NCBI GenBank assembly: GCA_965140415.1
Contig: OZ223209.1
Location: 1-64,000 of the forward strand
Source: Myxococcota bacterium
Lineage (GTDB): Bacteria > Myxococcota_A > SURF-8
Direction of reading: 5' to 3'
Length of the DNA stretch: 64,000 nucleotides
The first letter of the stretch is position 1, and every line of letters starts with the position of its first letter. Of the stretch, positions 19,875 to 29,598 are shown piece by piece. The position numbers and the translations under genes are program-made. The notes beneath the pieces are model-generated. The model ran no database searches, was not told where the DNA came from, and saw only the letters and a program-made list of their open reading frames with translations.

Positions 19875-21506
19875 TCACTTTTCCTCGGTTTCTGATGCTG
19901 ATGGCTCAGAGGACTCATTCCTTTTTGATATCAGGTAGATAGGTCGGTTTTCATAGTCCTTCAACCGATTGACTCGCATCTCGCCGTCGTATTCGAACTG
20001 GGCGGTGACATCTTCGAATACATAGTTCTCGCGGGCAACGGGCAATAGCAGGTCATACGAAGTTTGCGAAGTCAGCACTTCCCGTGGACGAGCGATCTCG
20101 GTCAGGCGATGTGCGATGTTGGTGGTGTGACCGACCATCATGCGTTCGCTGTGCGTTCCAACGGTCAATTCTCCGAAATTCACCCAGCCGGTCGAGATAC
20201 CCGAGGCCAGACCCAAGGTGCGTTCCTTGATATCGTACCCGCCCTTTTCCAACCGGATTTTTTCCACCGGCAGTTCGAAAAAGTGCTTCTTGATTTCGAT
20301 GAAGAAATTGATCAGTTCCTGCTGGGCGGCGAAAGCCGCCTGCACGGCGTCCAAGGCCGACTGCCGGTGACCTTCCTCTTCCGTCGCATTGTACATATAC
20401 CCGAAATAAGCCATGATCGTAGTCGGTTGCAGGCGTTCGATTGCACCGTTATGCTGGAAGATCACCTTTGCGATGCGATTCAAAAAGGCGTTGATAAAGC
20501 GAATCTGGTCTTCCGGGTCCAGGAATTTAAAGTGAGCGGTAAATCCCCGAAAGGTAATTTTAAGGCAGGTCAGAAATTGACGCCGCCTGCTGATTTGCTC
20601 CGATAGTCTCCTGCCTTGGTGAAGGCCTTGCGCCAATTCGCGCCGTTCGCGTTCGATATCCGCAATGGTAGCGCGAGAAAAACGTCCGGCATACCAGGCG
20701 CTTTCCGTGTTTTGAGTCAATGTGGCAACCAGGCGCTCGCCCCGTTTTTGCAGATCGGATTTCAGCCGGGCGGAAAACTTGCCGTCTTGGAGCGTTTCAT
20801 CGATAAACGCCTGTACGGTCTGGCGAATTCCGGGATCGACCGGCAAAGGGAGCAGATCGCGTCCACCCGGTTCTTCACTATGTTGCAAGTCAGCCAGCCT
20901 TGCTCGCGCAAGTGCGGAGGAATAGGGATCTTTTTGTAAGTCCTGCGCTTTTTGATAGGCCTGCCGCGCTTTCTCAATGTTCCCGTGTTTTCTGTAAAGA
21001 TCTCCAAGCAGTCTCCAGGCAAAACCGGGGATTTCGTATTGTTTGTTGGCAACCGCTTTTTGCAGGCAGGATTCCGCCAGTGAATCGTTGCCACGGTCCA
21101 GTTCGAACTGTCCGCGCGCTGCCAGAATTTCACCTTCGGTTGACGATTTGGCCGCTTTTTGTGCGCGCTCAAATGCAAGCTCCGCTTCCGAATGGCGTTG
21201 ACATTCCTGTAACAGGCGTCCCTGTAGCCAGAACCAAAGATCGTCCAAGGCGTGCGGTTCATCGGAGAAGGCCGGTGCGGCAAGCTGCAAAACGCCTTCG
21301 GGAGTCGGGTTGCTCTCCAGCGCATTGGCCAGTATCAGCAAACGGTCGGCAAGTTCATATTCATCCTGTTGCCGCAATTGCGTGGCCAGTTGCAACAGGT
21401 GGCGGCGGGCGTCTTGACCATCGTTGAAATCCAGCCATTGACGAACCAGATGAAAAAGCGGTTTGGCGATCAGATTGCGTAAGGTTCGGGTATCTCTGCG
21501 TTTCAT
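19875..21506 (-). CDS. TPR protein with degenerate class III adenylate/guanylate cyclase domain
   Basis: TPR helices; cyclase-like FRGFT, IMAYFG, GISTG, NIAHRL, but both metal-binding Asp positions are Thr. Confidence 0.78.
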   Translation of the reverse strand: MKRRDTRTLRNLIAKPLFHLVRQWLDFNDGQDARRHLLQLATQLRQQDEYELADRLLILANALESNPTPEGVLQLAAPAFSDEPHALDDLWFWLQGRLLQECQRHSEAELAFERAQKAAKSSTEGEILAARGQFELDRGNDSLAESCLQKAVANKQYEIPGFAWRLLGDLYRKHGNIEKARQAYQKAQDLQKDPYSSALARARLADLQHSEEPGGRDLLPLPVDPGIRQTVQAFIDETLQDGKFSARLKSDLQKRGERLVATLTQNTESAWYAGRFSRATIADIERERRELAQGLHQGRRLSEQISRRRQFLTCLKITFRGFTAHFKFLDPEDQIRFINAFLNRIAKVIFQHNGAIERLQPTTIMAYFGYMYNATEEEGHRQSALDAVQAAFAAQQELINFFIEIKKHFFELPVEKIRLEKGGYDIKERTLGLASGISTGWVNFGELTVGTHSERMMVGHTTNIAHRLTEIARPREVLTSQTSYDLLLPVARENYVFEDVTAQFEYDGEMRVNRLKDYENRPIYLISKRNESSEPSASETEEK

Positions 21507-21618
21507 GAGCGACCTCTAGCGGACTGGCAGGCGACAGTAAAAAATACTCAATGGAATTTGTATACCAGAACCGAAGGCTTATGCCAAGTACGAAGGACAA
21601 GGAAACAAGTTCGAATCG

Positions 21619-22485
21619 TTAGGAATCCGAACTCTGGCGCTGAAGGTAAATCGTCACTCCTGCCAGAACGATCATTGCTCCACCCAATAAACTGTAGACA
21701 TCCGGAAACTCGGAAAAGAACAGCAAACCGTACAATCCGGAAAAAAGAATACCGGTGTACATCAATACCGAAACCTGAGAGGCGGGGGCATAGCGATAGG
21801 CCAGCGTCAGCAGGAATTGTCCGGCGGCGGCGAAAACGCCGATGGCGACCAGACAGCAGATCTGTAGCGGTTCAGGCCAGCGGAAATGACCGATTAAAAA
21901 GGGGAAAATGCCCAGCACGGAAACGAAGGAAAAGTAAAACACAATGGTTTGAGCCGATTCCTTGCCTTTCATAAAGCGCAGCATCGTATAGGCCGCTCCG
22001 GCACAGGCAGCGGATAACAAACCGATGGCCGCCGGGAAGATGCGCAAATCGAATGCGGGCTTGATGACCAGTAATGCGCCGCCAAAAGCCAGAATCAGCG
22101 CGAAACTTTTAATCCAGTTCAAGCGTTCCCCCAAGAAAAGCGCAGCGAAGAGCGCAACGAAAAAGGGGGAGAGCTTGTTCAACATTTCGGCGTCCACCAG
22201 AATCAGGTGATCGATGGCGTAAAAGAAACAGGCCACGCCTCCCAGCCCGAACAGGGATCGCAGTAATAAATATGGTTGATTTCGCCATTGCCCGAAAAAC
22301 GAACTCCGGCTGTTTGCTACTACCAGGGCGGCGATCAGCAGGCTGACGAGGTTTCGGAAAAAGACTTTTTCCGTAAATGGGACGTCGGAGGCGAGTTTGA
22401 CGAACAGGCTCATCGTGGCGAACGAGAGCGCCGAAGCCAGCATCAGCACGATAGCCGTTCGCTTGTTATCTTTGTTCGAGATCAT
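21619..22485 (-). CDS. DMT/EamA family transporter
   Basis: About ten TM segments, two EamA repeats, LFLGER motif. Confidence 0.88.
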   Translation of the reverse strand: MISNKDNKRTAIVLMLASALSFATMSLFVKLASDVPFTEKVFFRNLVSLLIAALVVANSRSSFFGQWRNQPYLLLRSLFGLGGVACFFYAIDHLILVDAEMLNKLSPFFVALFAALFLGERLNWIKSFALILAFGGALLVIKPAFDLRIFPAAIGLLSAACAGAAYTMLRFMKGKESAQTIVFYFSFVSVLGIFPFLIGHFRWPEPLQICCLVAIGVFAAAGQFLLTLAYRYAPASQVSVLMYTGILFSGLYGLLFFSEFPDVYSLLGGAMIVLAGVTIYLQRQSSDS

Positions 22486-22495
22486 TTACTGTCCG

Positions 22496-23416
22496 TCAGC
22501 GAAGACGTGTGCGCCCCAGAACTTTCAGCAGCCGCACCGCCGAAACGGGACGCCGCTCCAGTTGCATCGCCATTTTCAGCGCGTCGAGCTTGGCTTGAAC
22601 GAGCACCGAGGCTTTGCCTTTCTTCGCCCATTTCGCAAATTGATAGGCATTGTAGGCCAGATGCAGTCCGCCCAGTGTGAGCCACAGTTGCAGCGGTACG
22701 TTTTTGTAAGAGGCCAATACGAGGTTTCGTTGAATCAGATGCAGGATCTTGTCCGGCATCTTCTTCTCGTTGGGCGAGCGCTTGTGATACACCCGCGCCT
22801 GCGGCAGGTAGAGTGTGCGGTATTGCTGCCCGAAGGCGCGCAGAACGAAATCCACATCTTCGTTATTGAAATAAAAGGCTTCATCGAACAGCCCGATGTG
22901 CTCATAAACTTCACGGCGCAGCAGCATGGCTCCGCCGGTTGCGCCGAACACTTCGTATTCTCCTTCCGCCGGATCGACCGCTTTTCCCATGTCGATGATC
23001 TCCGCCCGCAGCGAATGGCGGAAGCGCATACCCTTGCAATCGACCCGGTCCCGGTCATAGAAGTTGATCATCTGCGGAGAAAAGATTTCGAATTCCGGAT
23101 GTTTGGAAGCGGCTTTGTCCAATTCTTCCAGCAGATGGGGGGCGAATTCCGTATCGGCATTGACGACGAACAGCAGATCGCCCAACGCCATTTCGGCGGC
23201 CAGATTATTGGTATAGGCAAATCCCTTGTGTTCGGGTAATGCCGTTAGTTTAACTGTTGGGAATTCCTGTTGAACCATTTCGGCGGTGCCATCCACCGAA
23301 CCGTCGTCTACAAACAACACCTCATAGCTGGTGAAGGTCTGTTGTTCGATCGAGTGCAGGCAATGGCGCACATCTTCCTTGCCGTTCCAGCAAACCAGAA
23401 TGATTGAGAAGCGCAT
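22496..23416 (-). CDS. Glycosyltransferase family 2
   Basis: FSIILVCWN, VDDGSVDGT, NADT, EDVDF. Confidence 0.9.
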   Translation of the reverse strand: MRFSIILVCWNGKEDVRHCLHSIEQQTFTSYEVLFVDDGSVDGTAEMVQQEFPTVKLTALPEHKGFAYTNNLAAEMALGDLLFVVNADTEFAPHLLEELDKAASKHPEFEIFSPQMINFYDRDRVDCKGMRFRHSLRAEIIDMGKAVDPAEGEYEVFGATGGAMLLRREVYEHIGLFDEAFYFNNEDVDFVLRAFGQQYRTLYLPQARVYHKRSPNEKKMPDKILHLIQRNLVLASYKNVPLQLWLTLGGLHLAYNAYQFAKWAKKGKASVLVQAKLDALKMAMQLERRPVSAVRLLKVLGRTRLR

Positions 23417-23467
23417 GACACAGGCTTTCCGTTTGGGAGCAACCGAAGCAGGTTGACCGATGCGAAC

Positions 23468-24478
23468 TTAGAACATCCGTTTCGTCCAGGTCTTCGGTGT
23501 TTTCTCGTTCACGATCTCGATATCGAGATGATATTTGAACGGACGCACGCCGCGCTGGCGGATGTAGTCGATCATTTCCTGCAAGCCGCGTTCCAGGGAA
23601 TACTGCGTGCTGTATCCGAGCAGACGCCGGGCTTTGTCCGAGGAGCAGTTGGCCAGCCGCACTTCCTGCGGGCGATCCGGCATGAAGGTCGGTTCCAGTT
23701 TGAAATCCAACAACTTGGCGATGGTCTGTGCCAGTTCGTTGATGGTGATGAATTCCTCGTCCGGACCGATATTGATCGTTTCTCCGACTACTTCGGGCAA
23801 GAACGCCAGTTTTTCCAGGCAATAAGCGACATCGCCGATGAAGCTGAAGCAGCGCATCTGGGTGCCGTTGCCGTAAATGATCGGCTGGCGACCCTGTAGC
23901 ATCATGTTGATCATGATGGCGGCCACGTTGCGATAGGGATCGTCGTATTTCTGGTTGGGGCCGATGATGTTGTGCGGCACCGCATTGACCCACTCGACGC
24001 CGTGCACTTCACACAGATTTTTCAGCATCTGCTCGCTGGCGACCTTGCCGATGCCATACGGATCCTGCGGCATGGGCGTCATGGTTTCGTCAAAAGGCAC
24101 CTGGTTTTCGCCGTAACGCGCCATGCTGCTACAATTGACGATGCGGCGCACTTTGTTGACGACACCGGCGGTAAACACGCCAACACTACTGGTTACGATG
24201 TTCTGCGTAACCAGAAAAGGCGAGAATACGCTAAGGCCTTCGTAGGCCGTTGCCGCAGTGTGGAAAATGATGTCCACGCCGCGCGTGATTTTGATCATTG
24301 AATTCAAGAAGTTGCAGTCGTACTGGTAAAACTCGACTTCCGCCGGGACGTTGTCCAGGTAGCCGCCGATCAGGTTGTCGCAACCCACCACTTCATGCCC
24401 GTTTTCCAAAAATCGCTTGGCCAAGTGGCTGCCCATAAAACCCGCCACGCCCGAGATAAAGATCTTCTCTTTGCTCAT
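23468..24478 (-). CDS. NAD-dependent epimerase/dehydratase (extended SDR)
   Basis: SGVAGFMGSH, SSMARYG, YGIGK (YxxxK); likely start MSKEK at 24478. Confidence 0.9.
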   Translation of the reverse strand: MSKEKIFISGVAGFMGSHLAKRFLENGHEVVGCDNLIGGYLDNVPAEVEFYQYDCNFLNSMIKITRGVDIIFHTAATAYEGLSVFSPFLVTQNIVTSSVGVFTAGVVNKVRRIVNCSSMARYGENQVPFDETMTPMPQDPYGIGKVASEQMLKNLCEVHGVEWVNAVPHNIIGPNQKYDDPYRNVAAIMINMMLQGRQPIIYGNGTQMRCFSFIGDVAYCLEKLAFLPEVVGETINIGPDEEFITINELAQTIAKLLDFKLEPTFMPDRPQEVRLANCSSDKARRLLGYSTQYSLERGLQEMIDYIRQRGVRPFKYHLDIEIVNEKTPKTWTKRMF

Positions 24479-24732
24479 TTTTCGTCTTTTCTTTTGAAGG
24501 GTTGAACCACAAACCACGAACGCAGTATACGGCCAGCAGCAAAAAGAATCAAGAAAAACGGCGAATTCACTGGGGGCACGGAGACATGATTAAAATGGCT
24601 ATGGCGTCTCCCAAGTGCATTTTCGTCGATCGAATTCCACTTACTTGCCGAAAAACCTGAAATTAACCGGCTTGTTTTTCTACAGCAATTCCATCCGATG
24701 CGATGACGTAATTTGGCGGTTGGATTCGGCGC

Positions 24733-25761
24733 TCATGACATCCTTTCGTTTGAAGCATCATGGTTCAACGCATGGCTTCTGGCCCGCCCGACGGCATCCG
24801 ACAGTGAAATGCCGATCATCGAAATGACCAGTAATCCCAAGCCGGTGGTTAGGACGTATTGCGTGATGTGGATCACGATGCTAACGGCGAAGGCTTCACT
24901 TTTAGCAACGCCGAACATGGATAGCGCCATAATGCAAGCGAACTGAAACACTCCCAGATAACCGGGGGTTGCGGGAATTATCGTACCGAAAGAAACCAGG
25001 GTGACGGTCAATAATGCCCAGGAATATTCCGCCGGAAAACCGAACGAGTAAAATACCAGCAGGTAAAAAACCGCTTCGACCGTCCAATGTAGATAAGTCA
25101 CTAAAAGCGCCACACCGATGATGCGGGTTTTCCCAATCGTCTGCAATCCGTCGGCAACGTGATCGATTACCCCACCGATTTTTTCTGCCAGCGCTTCAGG
25201 TAAGACCCGGAGCAACTTTTTAGGTAGAGCCAACAGGCGGGGAAAGAAGATAACCGCTAAAACGGCCAGCGCCGCTAGACCGAAGCCGGTTAACGCTACG
25301 GTACGCACGTGCTGCAACCAGGACGATTCGATTCGAAACGCGCCCATTGTTGCGGCCAGAATCGTGGCCAGCACCAGGCCATCCAGAACCCGTTCCACGG
25401 CGATAACGGACAAGGAAGTCGAATAGGGCAGTGTTTTCCCTTTAACCAGGTAAGCCCGTAAAAACTCACCCAGTCGCGCCGGGATGATGTTGTTCAAGGC
25501 CAACCCGCTGAGAATGTAGCCGAACAGCCGTTTAACCGGGAAGACCTCAAACGAATTCAACAGCACTTTCCAGCGAAACGCCCGAATGACGTGACTGCTC
25601 ATGTAAATCGGCAACGCCGCCAGCCACAGGCGAACGTCGATATTCGACAGCGCCGCCAGGAAGCGTTCGTAGTCGACCCCCTTGATCGACAGCCACGAAA
25701 ACAACACCAGAAATGCGGCCACCACAAAGAAGCGAAACCATGTGGATTTCAGAAGTGCCAC
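24733..25761 (-). CDS. Lysylphosphatidylglycerol synthase TM-domain (UPF0104/flippase-like) membrane protein
   Basis: RAFRW, NNIIPARLGE, ERVLD, PATPGYLGVFQ. Confidence 0.85.
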   Translation of the reverse strand: MALLKSTWFRFFVVAAFLVLFSWLSIKGVDYERFLAALSNIDVRLWLAALPIYMSSHVIRAFRWKVLLNSFEVFPVKRLFGYILSGLALNNIIPARLGEFLRAYLVKGKTLPYSTSLSVIAVERVLDGLVLATILAATMGAFRIESSWLQHVRTVALTGFGLAALAVLAVIFFPRLLALPKKLLRVLPEALAEKIGGVIDHVADGLQTIGKTRIIGVALLVTYLHWTVEAVFYLLVFYSFGFPAEYSWALLTVTLVSFGTIIPATPGYLGVFQFACIMALSMFGVAKSEAFAVSIVIHITQYVLTTGLGLLVISMIGISLSDAVGRARSHALNHDASNERMS

Positions 25762-25860
25762 GAAATATTACCTGCTTGAACCGAATTGAAACCGATGCCC
25801 ACGTGTGTTGGACAGCGTACATATCATCGATCGTCCATAAACGCGTATTATCCAATCATG

Positions 25861-27261
25861 CTAACGGATATCCGGTTTTTCTCCGAATAACTTCGCTGCG
25901 GCATGGCTGAATAGGCGCAACTTGAGGTCGTTTGGCCGCTTGGGATATCCCTTGTACAACGAGAAAACCAGTGGCAGCCGGGCCGCGTAGCGTCCCATTT
26001 TCATTCCCAGCGAAAACTCGCTGCGCATGCTGCCGACCAGATCCGATAGATCCTGCAATTGCATCTGTGGGGGTTTCTGATCCATGCCCTGGCGCATCAT
26101 GTTGACATTCAGAAAACGTGCTTCGATCAGACGATCCACTTCCTGACCGCTCATTTCCTGCAAGGCGCGCCGCATCATATCGAAGAAGGCCAATACGGAG
26201 CCATAGCTACGTTGAAATTCGACCTGGTAGCCCCACAGCGACTCGATCGAGCCCGGATCGTGGAAACGTCCGACCGCATCGGCCAGCAGTTTTCCGGCGA
26301 TCATTCCCAATCCGATGCCACTGCCGTGAGCCGGGAAAACCTGACAGGCGCTGTCGCCGATCAATGCGATACCCGGCGCAACCAGGCGATCATAGGGGCG
26401 TCGAATCGGAATCAGTCCCGCTCCGCCGAAGGAACCGCGTCCCAACCAGCTATTGCGCTTTTTCAAGGAGCGCAGCATTTCGGGGCCGGTTACGGAAGAA
26501 TGGGAAACGATGGTTCCCACAAGCAAATCGGCGTGTTTGAATTCGGCGTCGGCCAGAATGTTGACGGTTGAATAGCCACCCTGCATTCCGAACCAGGCCA
26601 GAACGTGCTCGGGCTGTGCGTGGAGGCTGTCCAAAAAGGCGCGGGCGTGATCCGGATCGGCGATTTCGCACATTTCCTGTGCGGCGGAAATCAGATGTCT
26701 GGAAGCGACTTCCGGGCATTGCGCACGCAGTAGTGGCACCTGTTTGCGAATCGCGCCGCTTAATCCGGTTGCATCTACAAAGAGTCTGGCGCGAAAACGC
26801 CGGGCGACAACCGGTTGTTTGGGGATATCCTGCAAGCCTTCCAACGCCACGGGCCGCCCGTCTTCCAAAGTCAACCCGGTAACCGAAAGATGCTCGAAGC
26901 ACTCCACCCCCGCGCGCCGGCAATCGTCGATCAGGCGATGAACCAGCAGGCGCATGTCGATTTTCCAGGCGGGGTTGTCATCCAGCTTGAATTGCAACTG
27001 ACCGGATTTGTTGAAGAACTGCATCGAACTGCCGCGATCCTGCGCTTCTGGTGGCACCGGACGCTCGATCCCGGCGGCATCGAACATCCAGGCCGGAACC
27101 GCATTGACCCAACGCGGACCGCAACTATCCAGTGAGCGGCGTTCCAATAGTGCCACCTTTGCGCCGCTGCGCGCCAGATTCAGCGCGGCACTTGCTCCCG
27201 CCGTTCCCGCACCCACCACCACGACATCGAAAGAGAGTGTATCCGAAGGAAATCGATCCAT
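25861..27261 (-). CDS. FAD-dependent oxidoreductase, geranylgeranyl reductase-like family
   Basis: DVVVVGAGTAG, VDATG, LIGDSA...PAHGSGI; start probably 27261 or 27267. Confidence 0.82.
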   Translation of the reverse strand: MDRFPSDTLSFDVVVVGAGTAGASAALNLARSGAKVALLERRSLDSCGPRWVNAVPAWMFDAAGIERPVPPEAQDRGSSMQFFNKSGQLQFKLDDNPAWKIDMRLLVHRLIDDCRRAGVECFEHLSVTGLTLEDGRPVALEGLQDIPKQPVVARRFRARLFVDATGLSGAIRKQVPLLRAQCPEVASRHLISAAQEMCEIADPDHARAFLDSLHAQPEHVLAWFGMQGGYSTVNILADAEFKHADLLVGTIVSHSSVTGPEMLRSLKKRNSWLGRGSFGGAGLIPIRRPYDRLVAPGIALIGDSACQVFPAHGSGIGLGMIAGKLLADAVGRFHDPGSIESLWGYQVEFQRSYGSVLAFFDMMRRALQEMSGQEVDRLIEARFLNVNMMRQGMDQKPPQMQLQDLSDLVGSMRSEFSLGMKMGRYAARLPLVFSLYKGYPKRPNDLKLRLFSHAAAKLFGEKPDIR

Positions 27262-27322
27262 AGTCATTTTCTCCAAGCGTTACCTTACAGTCCGTATTCC
27301 GTAACTTAGCGGATTTACCGGT

Positions 27323-27760
27323 TTAATCTCCGCATTGTTTGTCAATTACTTTCGACACGTAGAAACCGCGCCGGGATAGCGTCGTGCGCCGTTCGACCAG
27401 TACGATACCGGCGATTGCCACCGCAACTCCGAAAACGGCGCCAAGGACATTCAGCCACATGGCCGGTTGCATGGATAAGCGGGAGACGCTTACTTCCGCG
27501 ATCCAATATCCCATTCCTCCCAATATCAATGGAAGCCAGAAAACCAGCAGCACGGTCGTCAGCATTTTACCGCTGGCGATGGTCAGTTCTACGCCCTGGC
27601 CCGGTTGCACGCCGGTCGAATCGGAAGCCGTTACGAAGAAATCGTGCTCCCCGCCGTGAACGCAGTTGCCGTCGAGATTGTGTTCGCATGCCGCTTTGCG
27701 ACAGACTTTCACCAGCACCTCGTTCTGCATGCGCTTAACGACCAGACCTTGTTGTTTCAT
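27323..27760 (-). CDS. RseC/MucC family membrane protein
   Basis: MKQQGLV start, RKAAC..C motif, PGQGVEL, two TM segments with xxPL motif; alternative start 27808. Confidence 0.7.
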   Translation of the reverse strand: MKQQGLVVKRMQNEVLVKVCRKAACEHNLDGNCVHGGEHDFFVTASDSTGVQPGQGVELTIASGKMLTTVLLVFWLPLILGGMGYWIAEVSVSRLSMQPAMWLNVLGAVFGVAVAIAGIVLVERRTTLSRRGFYVSKVIDKQCGD

Positions 27761-27982
27761 GCTTCGCTCGATTCGTTTGTTGATTCCGATCTGGCTTCGT
27801 TTTATCATTCCCCCGTGTAAATCTCAAGTGTTGATGAAAGTTTGCCATGATCGAAACAGCGGCAGGGATACCGGGAATGGCCAGAATGAAGAAAAGTGTC
27901 GAATTTGTCCGTTCCGTCTTGATCTTACGGAAAATGCGGACTATGATTCAGCTCCCTGCACCGCCAAGGGAAAGGACAATTT

Positions 27983-28732
27983 ATGCCGGAACACTTTAAG
28001 GCAATCGGGTTGGATGTCACCACACCCGAAAAGCTGAAGGCATTGGCTTATCAAGCGATCGAACGGGGATTCGCGAAGCAGGTGGTTCGCAAAGAACTGC
28101 CTGAAGGCGTCTTTTTGTGGGATCTGGGAAGAGGATTGCAGGTTTGGGTATTGGCGCGACGTCAGGAATCCGGAGAAGAGGAATACGAGATCGTCAGTGC
28201 ATTACCGGGTTTCCTTCCCGAACAGACGCTGCACGTTCATGCCTATCGCATCGGGCTGCATCACGAACGCGAGGGCGAAGTGCTGCTGAAAGCGCGCATG
28301 GCGGACGGTCTTGAACTGCGCATGGCGCTATTGAATTTGTACCTGCATGACAAGCACCCGACAGCCGGGCTTAACCTCGATCTTCATGCCTGCGCCCTGG
28401 CGTTACAGGGCGAATGCTGGTCGCCGCAGCGGGAAACGCGGCATGTTCTTGCCCAGCAGCCGGGGGAAAGAGAAGCTCGCGAAGTGGAAAGCATGCTGGT
28501 TCAGTTGGACAGAGATGCGCACCACGACATTCTGGGAAGCATCGAGCGCGTGCAGGAAATCACCAATTTTCATTCTGGGAGCAAGTTGTTCGTACTTTAT
28601 CTGAAAACGCAGTCCATTCTGCTGCCGGTTATCGCTCCCCAAGCCTTGTTTGACACGACACCTCAGCAAGGAGACCGCTTTCACGGCACGGTATGGCTGC
28701 AAGCGCAACTACAGGAGAAAACCGCTTCATGA
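27983..28732 (+). CDS. DUF3881-like protein
   Basis: N-terminal HFKAIG and C-terminal PQQGDRFHGTVWLQ resemble DUF3881; AAGGA RBS. Confidence 0.55.
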   Translation: MPEHFKAIGLDVTTPEKLKALAYQAIERGFAKQVVRKELPEGVFLWDLGRGLQVWVLARRQESGEEEYEIVSALPGFLPEQTLHVHAYRIGLHHEREGEVLLKARMADGLELRMALLNLYLHDKHPTAGLNLDLHACALALQGECWSPQRETRHVLAQQPGEREAREVESMLVQLDRDAHHDILGSIERVQEITNFHSGSKLFVLYLKTQSILLPVIAPQALFDTTPQQGDRFHGTVWLQAQLQEKTAS

Positions 28733-29436
28733 TTCGACACCTCTACAACGGAGCCTTAGTTATCGCTTCCACCGGATATTATGCCATTCAGGAAATCTCG
28801 AACTCGTTTGTCGACCGATACGGTCCCCGAAGCTGGGAAATCGTGGAAAACTGGGCCAAAGCGCTGACCGAAAAATGCGGAGTGCACATCGAAGCGATTG
28901 GACGGGAACATCTTAGTGAAAACGAAGCGCGCGTTTTCATTACCAATCACCGTTCGCATTACGATATTCCCGCCATTGTCATGGCGACCGGCTTACGCTT
29001 GCATTTCATCACGAAAAAAGAACTCTTTCGCGTTCCCCTTTTCGGGCGCGGTATGCGGGCGCTGGATATGATTGAAATCGATCGTTCCGATAAATACAAG
29101 GCGCTGGCTTCGATGGAAAACGCCGCGCGGATGGTGCGCGAAGGTCGCAACGTGTTGGTTTTTGCCGAGGGCACCCGCTCCAAGGACGGCAAGACGATGC
29201 GTCCTTTTAAAAAGGGCGGTTTTCACCTGGCTTTACAGGCGCAGGTTCCGATTCAGCCGCTCGTGGTTTTAGGTAGCGAGCGCGTGCTGCCGAAACACAC
29301 GATGGGAGTCACTCCCGGAACGATTACGGTAAAAATCGGTGCGCCGATTCCCGTTCACGAAGGGGACGACCTCTCCGAATTGATGCAGCAGACCCGCCAG
29401 GTGATGCAGCGAATGATCGACGAAGAAGAATTCTGA
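28729..29436 (+). CDS. plsC: Lysophospholipid acyltransferase (PlsC family)
   Basis: NHRSHYD, FAEGTRS, PFKKG; ATGA overlap with the upstream gene. Confidence 0.85.
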   Translation: MIRHLYNGALVIASTGYYAIQEISNSFVDRYGPRSWEIVENWAKALTEKCGVHIEAIGREHLSENEARVFITNHRSHYDIPAIVMATGLRLHFITKKELFRVPLFGRGMRALDMIEIDRSDKYKALASMENAARMVREGRNVLVFAEGTRSKDGKTMRPFKKGGFHLALQAQVPIQPLVVLGSERVLPKHTMGVTPGTITVKIGAPIPVHEGDDLSELMQQTRQVMQRMIDEEEF

Positions 29437-29598
29437 CAGGGCTTCGGCACCTTCATGCTGCGGTATGCGACGTATTGAGGCGCAATACACCGACGTGCTG
29501 CTTTCTTTTTCCGGAAGAACACGGTTAACTGATACCCAAGCCGAATTTCGTTTTAAGAGGCTTTTCGATTTTCGTAGCGGTAAGGGGCAGGGCCGCCG

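Noticed and set aside
21619-25761. GT2/epimerase/flippase/EamA cluster as a novel system
   Set aside because: Ordinary envelope glycosylation genes with nothing unusual visible.
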